Assembly: GCF_000143415.4 (NCBI RefSeq)
Contig: NW_003314352.1
Location: 240,278-304,277 of the forward strand
Reading direction: 5' to 3'
DNA: 64,000 nt
DNA from: Selaginella moellendorffii
Taxonomy: Eukaryota; Plantae; Lycopodiophyta
A program made the translations under genes and the position numbers. Under the pieces are notes generated by a model. The model worked only from the letters and a program-made list of their open reading frames with translations. It had not been told where the DNA came from and ran no database searches. This document shows, piece by piece, positions 47,065-59,650 of the stretch (its first letter is position 1; the number at the start of each line of letters is the position of its first letter).

Positions 47065-47610
47065 GATAGCATGTATTTTTTTAAAAATGTAACTTATTAT
47101 GGCATGGGGTTCCATGCCATTGTATTAATATTAAAAGACAATTCTTTGAGAGGATTTGCATTATACTAGAAGTGTTACAGCATGTTATTGGAAGTCTACG
47201 AAGTTGTTTTATTAATAAGGGGAAAGTAAAGATTGAATGGGGACTTAGGCTCCACCTAGACTCGGAGCAACTGAGCCAATATTAAAAGGATGGAAAGAAA
47301 TTGGACAACGATGACAAGGAGAAGAGAGAGGTGAAGTAGTGGCAGGGGGAGGAGAAGTGATTGAGTAGACATTTCCTTGTCTAAAATAAAATGGCATGTG
47401 CCTCAATGCAATTGAATTTTGTTATATTTATATACTATATAAAGGTTTGGAAACCTTATTTTACAAGTGGGATAATGACAATTCCCACTTTAACGAAATA
47501 GAGCTTGATTCGAGTTTTTGGATCTCCAATCAAAGTGCAAGGCTGCAATCTTGCCAAAGTGAATGTGAAGAAAGAGTTAATTATCATCATTTCTTCCTCT
47601 TTTAGTTCTA

Positions 47611-49851
47611 GTGGAGATTAGTCCAGTGCGAGCCAAGAATTTCCAAACTCCAACTTCACCGATATTTAAAGTTGTTTGCAACACTTTTCAGTTTTCCCGC
47701 CTCTCTATTTACGTGCGTTCCTTTCTGCATAGGCCAATTAGCAACCTTCCATCTACATACAATAGCAATATCTTCTTTGAACTACCACCTCTTATCAACT
47801 CAAAACGAAAGGGGATGGATACCAAGCAAGATGTTCACAACTGGTGCAAGATCAAGACCACATATTTCCAGCATTTCGAAGGCATAGTGTCCATGGTTCA
47901 ATGTGGTGGGTATTTGGATTGTGTGAATAAAGCATGCAATCGAGAGCACGGTAAAAACTCCACATTTGTTGAAGGATCTGCAACTAATCCTCCCATCTGT
48001 GACACCATTGGTGTTGGATTCAAGTGTCAATTTTGCAAGAATGCTCTATTGTGTCATGCCATCTGCAGGGCTAAGATGTACTATTTTCTTCCACGAGATG
48101 AAGAGGTTGGTAGAGCTATAATATATATTGGCATGCACACATATCCAATGCAAGAAGGGATACAAAGGAGTTCAGTCAACCATTTCAAAGATAGTGTAAA
48201 TAGAGACTGTGAAAAACTCATCTGCAACTCCGAAGCATGTTTAAAAGACAGTGCTTAAGGATTTTATCACAAACACTTTATTTGATTTGGACTGCAAGAA
48301 TACTCAACTGGATGAGGCTAGCTTGTGGGAGTTACTACGACACGTGCAACCTGCAACTAGCCTCAGGAGGTATGAAAATATTATTACATACTTTTCAATA
48401 ATATCTCTCTTACATTTTATTTTATTTAGGATAAAGTCTTGGATGTGTGAATCTCAAGAGGGGAAACTCTAATAAAAAATCAACTCAATCCTTGAACTAA
48501 AATGACTTGTCTTTATGAGTTTATCCATGGGATTTTATTTCCAGATCAAGTCATTAATGAGCAAGAGTGCCCCTTCATTTTTTAAATGTTTACCATGGGC
48601 CCCACCTCTAGTGTGGATCTTGTTTCCCAAATAGATATGTCTGAGTCGAGTGACCTTGCTAATGCATGGGTACATTTTGACCATATGGAGCAGGTGGCGG
48701 GTTGGACAACCATGGGAACTCATATGTATGATCCAAGGTAGTTTTTTTTCTCATTATCTTAAAATAGTTTTAAGCATTGCCCTTTTCACAAGCTACATTG
48801 TAGCTTGACAATTGCAACAACAGAGTTTAAAGTACAAGACTAGATGGCTCAGGAAATATTTTGGAACTCCCTCTCTGACATTGTATTAAAGTGGACTGGC
48901 AAGCCTGCCAATTTTTGCGGTTTCATGGCAGATAGGGCTGGGGCTAATTGGAATGGTGTCTGGGCAATCTTTGGGAATGGTCAACCCCTAGAAGGTTGTG
49001 AGAGGACTTGTGAGTCCATTGGGCTTAGAGCTTAAACCAACACTGCCACCTTATCAAGCCAGATTTCCAATTAGCATTTAAGGAGTTGTGCAAATAATGG
49101 CAGATTGCACCTTCTAAAGAAGAGCATAAAGCAAAAATAAATGAGATCCGAATGTGGTGGCGTGAAGATGGCCATATTGACGTAAGTTGTTTACCACAAC
49201 TTGAGTCGTGGTTGGGGTGGTGGGAAGTTAGAATGTTCCAATGGGGATACCACTCTTTTTAGGTTAGTTTTTCTTTTTTTCCTTTCTTTTTATTGCTTTT
49301 TAATATTATCTTTTTATAAGGATCAACCACTTGAGGATCTTACATACACCTCAATTGTGAATCTCTCAGAGAGTAAGCATTGGAGCTGGCATTCCTTTAA
49401 GGCAAGGAAAGGAAAGATGAGTATATATAAAGCATGTTTATCAGATTTGATATGCACTCTAGTGTAATCTTCAAAAGCCTTGGCATTTAAGGAAGGAAGA
49501 TATATGGGAATAGGACCTTCGGTTAAGATATTACATGATCAAATGAAGAAGAAAGTGACTCCACCAACATGAACAATGGCAACTGTAGTGGAGGAAGTGG
49601 TCTACAGCACATCTATAGAATACACTCTTCGGGCTTCTATTGGTGACATGAAGACCGTCCACTCAAAGCGTCGCTTTTCCTTTGCTGGTGAAGATATTGG
49701 CACAGATCTTGGAGCAAAAAGCTCTCACAGGCCTAATGTTGAGTATCATTCTGCTCCAAAACATCGCCCCTGAACCGAGCCACCTCAAGTGGCTGATGAA
49801 GAAAGTGCATCACAACAGGTTGAAATTGCTTATCGTAGCTTGGAGCCAAAG
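47611..49851 (+). pseudogene. GCM-like zinc domain + MULE-like DDE transposase relic
   Basis: HNWCK..QCGGYLDCVNKAC..CQFC..C..YIGMHTYP; FCGFMADRAGANWNGVWAIFG..ERTCE; VNLSESKH. Confidence 0.6.
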
Positions 49852-50819
49852 GAGCGCAGACCACTCTTGAGCTCATGAGCTGAAAAGTTAAGCTCACGAG
49901 TTGAGCTCAATTTTCAATTACAATTTAATATAAATATTATAAATTTTAAAAAATTAAGGTTATAGAAAACCTAACTTTATACTATATTTTCATAACTCTC
50001 TACATTTTATATGGATAAAACTATTTTAGAGGAGGCTTCTTGTCCAGGAATTTAAATATTTACTATATGTTATTTTATTTAAGTTCTCTAAAATATAAAA
50101 TAAAATGGTTCTAATGTTGGTAATTTCAACTCTTAACATCTTTCTTCTTAGGGTAGTAATTCAAGGACTAGAAGCTACAATATTCATCCCATTGCATAAC
50201 ACATCCAAACCATATAAAAGATAGAAAAAGAGGATAATGAGAATAATGATCATATATTAGAGATAAACGCAATGATAAAGAGTGCAAAAATTTAGGTGAT
50301 AAAAAATGCCCTCCTATTTATTTTAAAAAATTGCAATTCCGTGACTTTCAAGAAATGCCCTATCTATTTTCTAGCTTTTGGTGGAAATAGTGGCGATAAT
50401 CAGTACAACAACATATACACTTTTGCAACAGATTGCAATATCATGGCCCCAAACTACTATGAAATATGTTTTGAGATGGTAAAGACAAAAACAGAAAGAC
50501 ACTAATATTACAGATAGTATTATAAAAAGAAAATTTGGAAGTATATAAAATGAAATGAATGTTTTATTATTAATTATATAAAGTATAAAAAGTATATATT
50601 ACTGATAGAGAATAAATATTAATAATATTATTAGCTCCAAAAGTTTTACAACTTAGCAGTAGTAAAACTTGCTTGGTGTATATGAATGTCCACTTTAGGA
50701 TCTTAGTGTAAAGTGTTAGTGAAAGTGTAATACATACATGCCTTCCTATGCCTTTCTATGTTTCTTGTGCTTAATAAAGTTTGGTTATGTGCAAAAAAAG
50801 CATTGAATAACAATTGTGT

Positions 50820-52150
50820 ACTCTCCATTTTCTATTTTAACAATGTGCAATATCTTGGAGCAAAATGATACTTAATATCAAGCTTGTAAGAGCTTTCGCT
50901 CCAAGATCTATACCAATATCTTCACCAATAAAGAAAAGACAACACTTTGAGTGAACAGTTTCATGTCATTAATAAAAGCTTGGGAATTGTACTTCATAGA
51001 TGTGCCACGAACTTTCTTAACTAACTTCTTGAGCTAGTGGAATCACTTTTTTCTTTATCCTATCATTGAACATCTCAACAAAAGGCCTTGTTCTTAGTAT
51101 CTTCCTTCTTCAAATGCTAATGCTTTTGAAGACTACTCTATAGCATATATCAAATCTAATAAACATGTTTTATACAAATTTATCTTCCCTTTCCTTGCCT
51201 CAAAAGAATATTAGCTCTAGTGCTTACTTTTGGAGAGATTCATAATTAGGGTGTACGTAAGGTCCTCAAATGGTTGGTTCTAGTGAAAAAAACAACATTA
51301 AAAGGCAACAAAATTAAAGAAGAAATAAGAGACTTCATCTCTTCCAACCACTATCCTACTATAAATGGTACAATATAAAGGAAAATTCTTGCAAAACTAA
51401 CACTTGAATTTAATAATAATAATGTCATGGGCAGATTGATTGTAGACTTTTCAAAAAATATAAAATTTCTATAGCCATTTTAATATGTTTCATCTATGCA
51501 ATGTAAATGCCTACCACAATGAATTATAGACACTGTTCAAAATGTTGGAAGTGTGTGGTCTTGATCTTACACCAATTTTAGACATCCTACTTAGTCTCCA
51601 TCTCTTTTCATTTGGAACTAATGTTGTTGATAAGAGGCTTTAGATCAAAGAAGATATTGCTATTGTAATAGGATGGAAGCTCACTCATGGATCTATATAG
51701 AAATAAGTGTACGTTGACTGAGAAGTGGGAAAAGTGGAAAGCATTACTAATAGCTTTGAATATTACTGAAGATGGAGCTCGTGAATTTGGGGTTGACACT
51801 AGCATAACTTTTCCACTTGAACTGGAAGAGGAGGAGAGGATGATGACTAACTCTTTCTTCATATTCACTTTAGTTTAAACACTTTGATTGGAGATCTAAA
51901 AGCATGAATTTCCTTAGACTTTTAATTCTACAAATCTTAATGTTATCCACCCTTGCCCACACTAGAAAGAAAAAACACCGAGCAGCAACAATACTGGTGT
52001 TGTTGTGGATCACAGCCTCTAACAAAATAGAGCTAAGATGAAGATTAAAATGGCAATATAAAAAACTTTTAAAAACATGGCTTTAAGAGAACAAAAGTGG
52101 TGGGTGATCTCAAAAATGTAAAAGAACCTTTCCATCCTTCTTTATAAGTT
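50820..52150 (-). pseudogene. Inverted, internally deleted fragments of the GCM/MULE family within the insert
   Basis: ~50870-51290 matches rc of ~49310-49760. ~51500-51900 matches rc of ~47520-47920 (ELPSYYNSNIFFDL). Confidence 0.7.
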
Positions 52151-52874
52151 TTGGAGTTCTCTATGTCCCTTATGCTACTTATAAAAATCTATAGTGAAAC
52201 ATAAATTGAGATTTAAGGAGAGCAATAAAAAGAATAATAAAAATGTATAAATAAATTTAAATACTATAGCATATCTAATATGTGTAAGTGTGATAGTATT
52301 ATCATGTGTTTTGTTGTCTATTGCATGCACAAAAATTTAAGAAAAGAATTTTAGCACGTGAAGTTTAATTGTAAGTGATGATAGTAATGATATTTTGCTT
52401 TGGCATGGAGATCCAAGATATCCAATCACATGTAAAATATCAGTAGTTTGTCAAATCTTTAGTGTTAGGTGATGTCAGTAATGATAATTCTTCAATGACA
52501 TAGTTTTGATTCTCAATATGAGTTAAGTTTTAGCCATATATGCAAATACTACTCAATGATATTTAGAGCATGTGCCTATAATTTAGGTTCATACACAATA
52601 CAAAACAAATTTATGGATGAGGATTCATCCATTCATAGATTAAAATAGTACAATATATTTAATATAATAATGCAACATACCAGATTTATACTCTTTAAAT
52701 TTCTATTATGAATCCAAAATATGTACCAAATCTTGTTGAGAATGCATCCTTACTATATAATTGAGAAAACTAATATATATATATATATATATAACATCAT
52801 TTATTAATTTTAAAAAATTCACATATATTATGAATGTATCTTATGTTAATAATAAAATAAAATAGGGTATAGGC

Positions 52875-54152
52875 CAAGTAGTTTCTGGCCTCGAGGGCCC
52901 GACGTTATTCAAATAACCTCGGGCCCCTAGACCCTGAAACTGCCCAAAGTCAAGCTCAAGCTCCCCACCTCGGGCAGTTTCTGGCCTCATGGGCCCTAGG
53001 TTATTCAAATAACCTCAGGCCCCCAAACCCCAAAACTGCCCTAGGTTGAGCACGGGCTCCCCACCTCGGGCAGTTTCTGGCCTCCTGGGCCCTAGGTTAT
53101 TCAAATAACCTCGGGCCCCCAAACCCCAAAACTGCCCTAGGTCGAGCACAGGCTCCCCACCTCGGGCAGTTTCTGGCCTCATGGGCCCTAGGTTATTTAA
53201 ATAACCTTGGGCCCCCAGACCCCAAAACTGCCCTAGGTCAAGCGCGGGCTCCCCACCTCGGGCAGTTTCTGGCCTCGTGGGCCCGAGGTTATTCAAATAA
53301 CCTCGGGCCCCCAAACCCCAAAACTGCCCTAGGTCGAGCACGGGCTCCCCACCTCAGGCAGTTTCTGGCCTCGTGGGCCCTAGGTTATTCAAATAACCTT
53401 GGGCCCCCGGACCCCAAAACTGCCCTAGGTCGAGCTCGGGCTCCCCACCTCGGGCAGTTTTTGGCCTGGAGGGCCCAAGGTTATTCAAATAACCTCGGGG
53501 CCCTGGACCCCAAAACTACCCAAGGTCGAGCTCAGGCTCCCCACCTCGGGTAGTTTCTGGCCTCGAGGGCTCGAGGTTATTCAAATAACCTCAGGCCCCC
53601 GGACTCTGAAACTGCCCGAGGTCGAGCTCCAGCTCCCCACGTCGGGCAGTTTCTGGCCTCGAGGGCCCAAGGTTATTCAAATAACCTTAGGCCCCAGGAC
53701 CCCGAAACTGCCCGAGGTTGAGCTCGGGCTCCCCACCTCGGGCAGTTTCTAGCCTCGAGGGCCCAGAGTGGGGAGCCTGAGCTACCTGATGTTGAGCTCG
53801 AGCTCGCCACCTCAGGCCCCGAAATTGCCCAACATCAAGCTTGGGCTCGCCACCTCGGGCCCCGAAACTGCCCGACATCTAGCTCAGGCTCGCCACCTCA
53901 GGCCCTGAAACTACCCAATGTTGAGCTCGGGCTCGCCACCTTAGGTAGTTTCTAGCCTCGAGGGCCCGAGGTTAATCAAATAACCTCAGGCCCCCAGACA
54001 CCAAAACTGCCCGACGTCGAGCTTAGGCTCGCCATCTCTCACAGTTTTTGGCCTTGAGGGCCCGAGGTTATTTAAATAACCTCGAGCCTCTGGACCCCCC
54101 AAACTGCCCAAGGTCCAACTCAAGCTCGCCACCTTGGGCAGTTTTTGGCCTC
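52875..54152. repeat. 96-bp GC-rich minisatellite, ~12 copies, each with a hairpin
   Basis: cgggcagttt (or a 1-nt variant) recurs at 52971, 53067, 53163, 53259, 53355, 53451, 53547, 53643, 53739. Confidence 0.95.
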
Positions 54153-56748
54153 GGGTGAGCTCAATAGTACCACAAACATCATATCGAATCTTATGGTTGA
54201 GTAGATTTGCAATACATTCCTAGGCATTGATTTGAAACTCTATCAATGATATAAGTTTTTCTTGAGCTCTATTACTCACTAGATAGTATTGTGATTGATT
54301 GCACAATAAGTAATGGTTCTATAGTGAAGGTAGTATATGATTCTGGTAGATTGGTGTTTGCTATTGAAGAACATCATTTATTCAAACATTGGCTTAGAAC
54401 TCAAGGAGGTAAATTATATTTATTAAGATTTCAATACATGTTTAGTTTTGTTTCATAGATCACTATCACCTAGAGGTAGAGGTTTTAGAAGTTTCCCAAA
54501 GTATGTAAAAGCTATGGTTTAACAAATGCAAAATGAGCACAATCCCAATATAGGAGGTATAGAAGGAAATGATATGTTGATAATGAAATAAAAGAAAGTT
54601 AAATGAATCCTTACTTGAGAAGAAAATCTTGTCATATATCAAAATGTCAGTAATAGTGTCAGTGTTAGTTATAAATGTTAATATCATATTCCATAATTGC
54701 AAATTAGTATTTTCACATGCAACCATCAGTTTGTAATGCTTGTGTGTTACCATCTCATCCTTCAATATCTTGTTAACAATTATATATAAAGTGATAACAC
54801 TATTTCTGTAGCAATTGTTTTAGTGCTCAAGAAAACTATAAAAGCCCATAAAAATGTCCTGACCCAAGAAAGAAAAGGCATATTAGGCATCTTAGAATTA
54901 AACTCTCAATTTGTTCACTAATTCCCAATAAATCAAGAGTGACTCTTCTATGGATTAGGTGTAGTAGATTTCAACTTGAGGAAACTCCTCATCATTAACT
55001 TTGTCAATAGCCTAAAAAACCCATATTTTACACTAGCCAATGCATTGTTTCCCAAAGGGATATTGTTCCTCACCATGAAGCAATAATGGGTATGTGTCCA
55101 TAATTTATTCTTGAATTTATTGTACATCCACACTTTTTAGACCCGTTGTTAGGCAATTATTATAGTGTTTAAGAAAATTTTATAATGAAAACATTTTTCT
55201 TATCCAATAAAAACGTAGCATACTAGACATTGAATATAATAGCATTTTGTGATTTTAAGCAATCTTGCCATATCAAGAGCAAAAAATATGTGGCACTACT
55301 CTTGAAGTGTTGAAGGTAATCCCTCTCTAGTAACAATATTCAAAATTTTGTATATAAGGAGCTCTACTTCAACTTCATAAGAACCCCCAATAGAAAGAAG
55401 ATTGTAATGTGGTTATGGTGGAGGTGAATGTGAAATGTTGGTAAACCTTAGGGATGAAGGTGGAGACTAATATGAAGTGTTAGAGACTCATGTATGAGGA
55501 CTTTCCTTTGAGCCATATCTATATAAAATTTTTTAGGAGCGTAAGAATAATAAAAATACTATAATAACTAACTTTTCTTGGCATTTATATATTAATTTTT
55601 AGTCTTGGGTATTTATTATAACACTAATAATACTCAGATTCTTGAAATGTCAATCTAAAAAATGAGATTTCATAATCATAGTCTACTTATGAATAGAAGA
55701 GCTTCTAGAATTCTAGATACATATGCTAGAATATTTATCATTCTAATGACCATCTATATATATTCTTTTCTACACTTGTGCCAACTTTCTAGAGAAATAC
55801 ATAACAAGGAAATATAAATTATATTATAGTAGTGGAGTATGCAAGCACACAAGCCCACATGAATTCTCTTATGTGAGATTACCTTTCAATCTTGGAAGTG
55901 TAGATAAACTTGATTCTTTGATATGATATCACTTTTGAGTCTTTTAAAAGATTTTGATTTCTATTATTATTATTCACAAATGACTCTCGAAAAATGCTAG
56001 TGGGGATTCATCCCAGAAATATTACTTAGTCTTCTCATATAGGAGGATTGCACTATAGGCAGGCAAGTAGAGTTTTTTATATAAATTAATATATAAATTA
56101 CTCTATAGAAAGCTCTTTAGAGTAGATTTGTTAGTTTTTTTTTTTTTTTTTTTGCTATGTTCATTTCTTCATTTCTTTTGTTCTAGACTATTGTTTTGGA
56201 GGTAATATGAGAAATTTTATCAAAAGTGATAATAGTCTTTACATTCCCGGATGGGTAATAAGGACTAAGAGTGTAATATGAAAATTGTGATAATGAAAGA
56301 AAATTAATATTTTCACATTGATTTGCCCTACAACTCTTACTTATAGATTTTCTTTTTACTTAAGAACTCTAGAATGAATGAATAGTATATAAATATATAT
56401 TGTCTTACCAATATACACTATTAATGGCTACCCTTTAAATAATTTATCTTGATTCATATTTAGGCTTTTTTTTAACAAATTACAAGAAAATAAAAATATG
56501 ATAATTGTAAAGATAGTATTTAGTAAGAAAATAGATAGGTTCTCATGAACTTTATCTTTTCTAAATAACTCAATTTAGTAGAAACTTTTAACCTAGGTAT
56601 TTATATATTTTAATATTTTAAAGTTTGTCAGAACTTTTATTTTCTTAACATAAATTTTCTTTGTAAGAGTTATAGTTGACTGCATTGACTTACATTGACT
56701 TGCGCTAAATTGAGCTCAACTCAACTTTGGACCATCCCTGAGCCAAAG

Positions 56749-57495
56749 CAATGGGCAATCCATCGAGTGCCAGCAAAATCAAATGTAAGGTGTGTGGGGA
56801 TGCTTTCGAGGGGCAAGTGTTAGGCTTGGATCCATGGTGATAAGTCTGCTTCTATTCCAGCCCCATATTTCCATGGTAAACAAAAGCAAGTAGGATTTTC
56901 AAGATGGTGTTAGTTATATTGTTACAACACTGATGTTAACCATACAAAGTGGCTTGAAGACACTATAGTGACTAAACCTGATGTAGTACCTAAAGAATCA
57001 CTAGTTGCTAATGGGGTTGCACTCACCTCGGATGAGATTGAAAACCTTGAGAAATCTGGTTTCAATCTTGAAAGAAAAGTTGGAGATATGAGTAATAAAA
57101 CCAACACTGTTCCTACAGAGATGCACAGGAGGCTAGCAAGACAAGGTAAGGTAGTTAAATTTATTAGTACCATCTCCAAGCAGAAGTAAGGTAAAATAAA
57201 CTTAGCTCAAACACTTGAGTGTAAGATTCTCTCCACAAAGTACATCACTATGCTTGCAAAAGAGTACATAGTCAAAATAAAAGGTGGAGAGTACACAATT
57301 GCTATTCAAGACTTTCCTTCTTGCACATGTCCAAACTTTACAAAGTGCGAGGAACATGGGAAGGCATATGCTTCTTATAAGCATATGTACTACATCTTCA
57401 TCAACATCTTGCACCAGGATCCTAAAGTGGATATTCATATATACCAAGCAAGCCTTACTATTGCTGAGTTGCAAAAGGCTTTTAGAGCTAATTAG
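56749..57495 (+). pseudogene. C-terminal part of the MULE-like transposase with SWIM zinc finger
   Basis: YTIAIQDFPSCTCPNF..ASYKHMYYIF (CxC..CxH with C>Y). Confidence 0.7.
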
Positions 57496-57539
57496 ATTTT
57501 TTAGCACTATCAATGTTTATTCTCTATCAATAATATAAA

Positions 57540-58143
57540 CTTATTATACCTTTTATAATTAATAAAAATATTTTATTATTTCACTTTTTTATTTCATATA
57601 CTTGCAAGTGTTCTTTTCGCAATACTGCCCATAGTATTTGTGAGTCTCCATTTTTATCTTTACTATCTCAAAAAATATTTCATAATAGTCTTTCAAGTGC
57701 ATGATGTTGCAATGTATTGTGAGAGCATATTTAGCATCATAGTTGTTTATTTTTTCCTTTCAAATGGTTATATGACCTTATATAGAATCTTAATTCAAAT
57801 TTAATAATTTTAAAATTTTGACAAACCTAACATTTACTAGCTAGAAAGCATAACGTACAAATTTAATGAAGTGACCAAGAATACTCTTTTTGCAAACATT
57901 TTATTTTATGTTCTAATAAACGTCCCTATCATTGCATGTAGTAAATATTTAAATTATTAGAACAAGAAGTGTCCTTTAGAACATTTTTATCTATATAATA
58001 TATAGAGAGTTATGAAATTATTAGGTTCACTATAACCTTAAAATTTTAAAGTTTATAATGTTTATACTAAATTACAATTGAAAATTGAGCTCAACTCGTG
58101 AGCTCAACTCTTCAACTCGTGAGCTCAAGTATGATCCACACCC
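57540..58143 (-). mobile_element. Inverted copy of the left end of the GAGCTC element
   Basis: rc matches ~49852-50560 (gggtgtggatcatacttgagctc vs gagcgcagaccactcttgagctc). Confidence 0.75.
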
Positions 58144-59650
58144 TTGCCATTGTATATGGATGGGAGTTTGCTAACAAGCTTATGCAAAAACAAGCGCATG
58201 TAAATAGAAAGGCAGGAGAATTGGAAAGAATTGCAAATAGCTTTGAATATTTGTGAAGTCGGAGTTAGTAGATTTTTGGCTAGCACTAGACTGGCATCTC
58301 CACTAGAACTAGAAGAGGAGAAAATGATTGCTTCACATTTACTTTTGCATGATCGCAGCCTTGCACTTTAATTGGAGATCTAAAAACCAAATCTTCTTAG
58401 ATTAATAATGTTGCAAATCCCAATGTTGTCCACTTTCACCCACACCCAAAAGAAGAAACTCTTATCATTCAACTACACCAATGTTATTGCAAATCACAGC
58501 CTCCAATGAAACGAAACTAAGAGAAAGATCAAAATGTCGGCAAAGAAAACTTTCTAAAACAAAACTTTGGAAGAAAGAAAGTGGTGAGTGATCTTGGTAA
58601 TGTAGAAGAAAACTCTCCATCTTGTTGCCTTTAAGTTTTTGAAGTTTAAACTTTGATGATAAGATCTATCAGAAGTATAAAATAACTATGTTATTATATA
58701 ATACTAAAATTTCATATTGTCTTCCAATCTTTTTACTGGATTCAAGAATATCCTCAAAGTTATGCTCAAATTTAGAGTTAGAATAAAAATAAATATCACC
58801 TCAAATATGTGTAATTATTTGAAACATAAGGGTGATTTTATTCTAGGATCTACCATCAATTAACGTTGTTATAATAAGGTCTGTATGAAGTATAGAGGAC
58901 TATGTTATACAATTTTTAAATTTTGTATACATTGAATTTAAAACATGCTCAAAGTTATTATATAGACTAACTTTCAACAGAACAGAAAGAAATATCACCT
59001 CAAACATATGCCATAATGTGGAAGATAGGAATGATTTTATTCTAAGATCTACCATTGATCAACTATTGCCAAAAAAATTAAATATTGTACATATTTTTAG
59101 TACTTCGTTAAAGCTAGAAATCATCACATTTTTTTGAACTCATTTAAATATATTCAATCTGTGTACTACCATCTATCACTTGTATTAAATTATCTATCAC
59201 ATTGCTTTGGAAATAACATCTTGCGATTATAAGAATCTTATATTTTATGACAAGATTTTATGACGTGCAAGAAAACACATAATGCTCATTTATAATTTCA
59301 TACTATGATCAATTCCACACATGCGACTATCACATTATTTCCACATTATGTCACAGTGGTATTATAGCATACCTCTATTATTAGGTTATAACTCAAAAAG
59401 ACTTTGTCACGTGATCAAATCTAGGACAGAGTAGAAATTGTAGATTGCTAGCAAATAATTGCAGCATAATGGACATATGAGATTTATTGCATCCACAATG
59501 AACGTTCATAATGAAAGTTAGGTTAGGGTTAGGGCAGTTGCCAGCATTAAGGTTTTTACAAAAGGTAAAGTGGGAGATTAGGAGTGACTCTATAGAATCC
59601 ATTAACATCAAAAATAATACCACCAAGAGTAAGTCATTTTTTTTCTCCTC
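58144..59650 (-). mobile_element. Second, inverted 5' fragment of the GCM/MULE family (empty Sola site)
   Basis: rc matches ~33560-34644 joined directly to 47511-47768. Confidence 0.8.

Larger units (their letters stand above)
34645..47506 (-). mobile_element. Complete 12.86-kb Sola1/DUF7869-like DNA transposon, copy 2
   Basis: TIRs atgctctatttcattaaagtggga (34645-34668) and tcccactttaacgaaatagagctt (47483-47506). TSD GATT at 34641-44 and 47507-10. Confidence 0.92.
49852..56739. mobile_element. 6.9-kb non-autonomous insert with GAGCTC-rich ends and a 9-bp TSD
   Basis: gagccaaag at 49843-51 and 56740-48. Host frame reads AYRSLEPK|QWAIHRVPAK after removal. Confidence 0.8.
33560..57500 (+). 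mobile_element. Decayed Mutator-like element (GCM-like ZnF, DDE, SWIM) split by two insertions; pieces ~33560-34644, 47511-49851, 56749-57500; ends approximate
   Basis: Both TSD-flanked inserts can be removed to give continuous sequence. The paralogue at 58144-59650 shows the empty GATT site. Confidence 0.65.

Noticed and set aside
52875-54152. CRISPR-like array
   Set aside because: Whole 96-bp units repeat with no unique spacers; no cas genes; eukaryotic context.
49852-58143. Single element bounded by ~600-bp TIRs
   Set aside because: No TSD at these ends. The 9-bp TSD and the restored host frame place the end at 56739.
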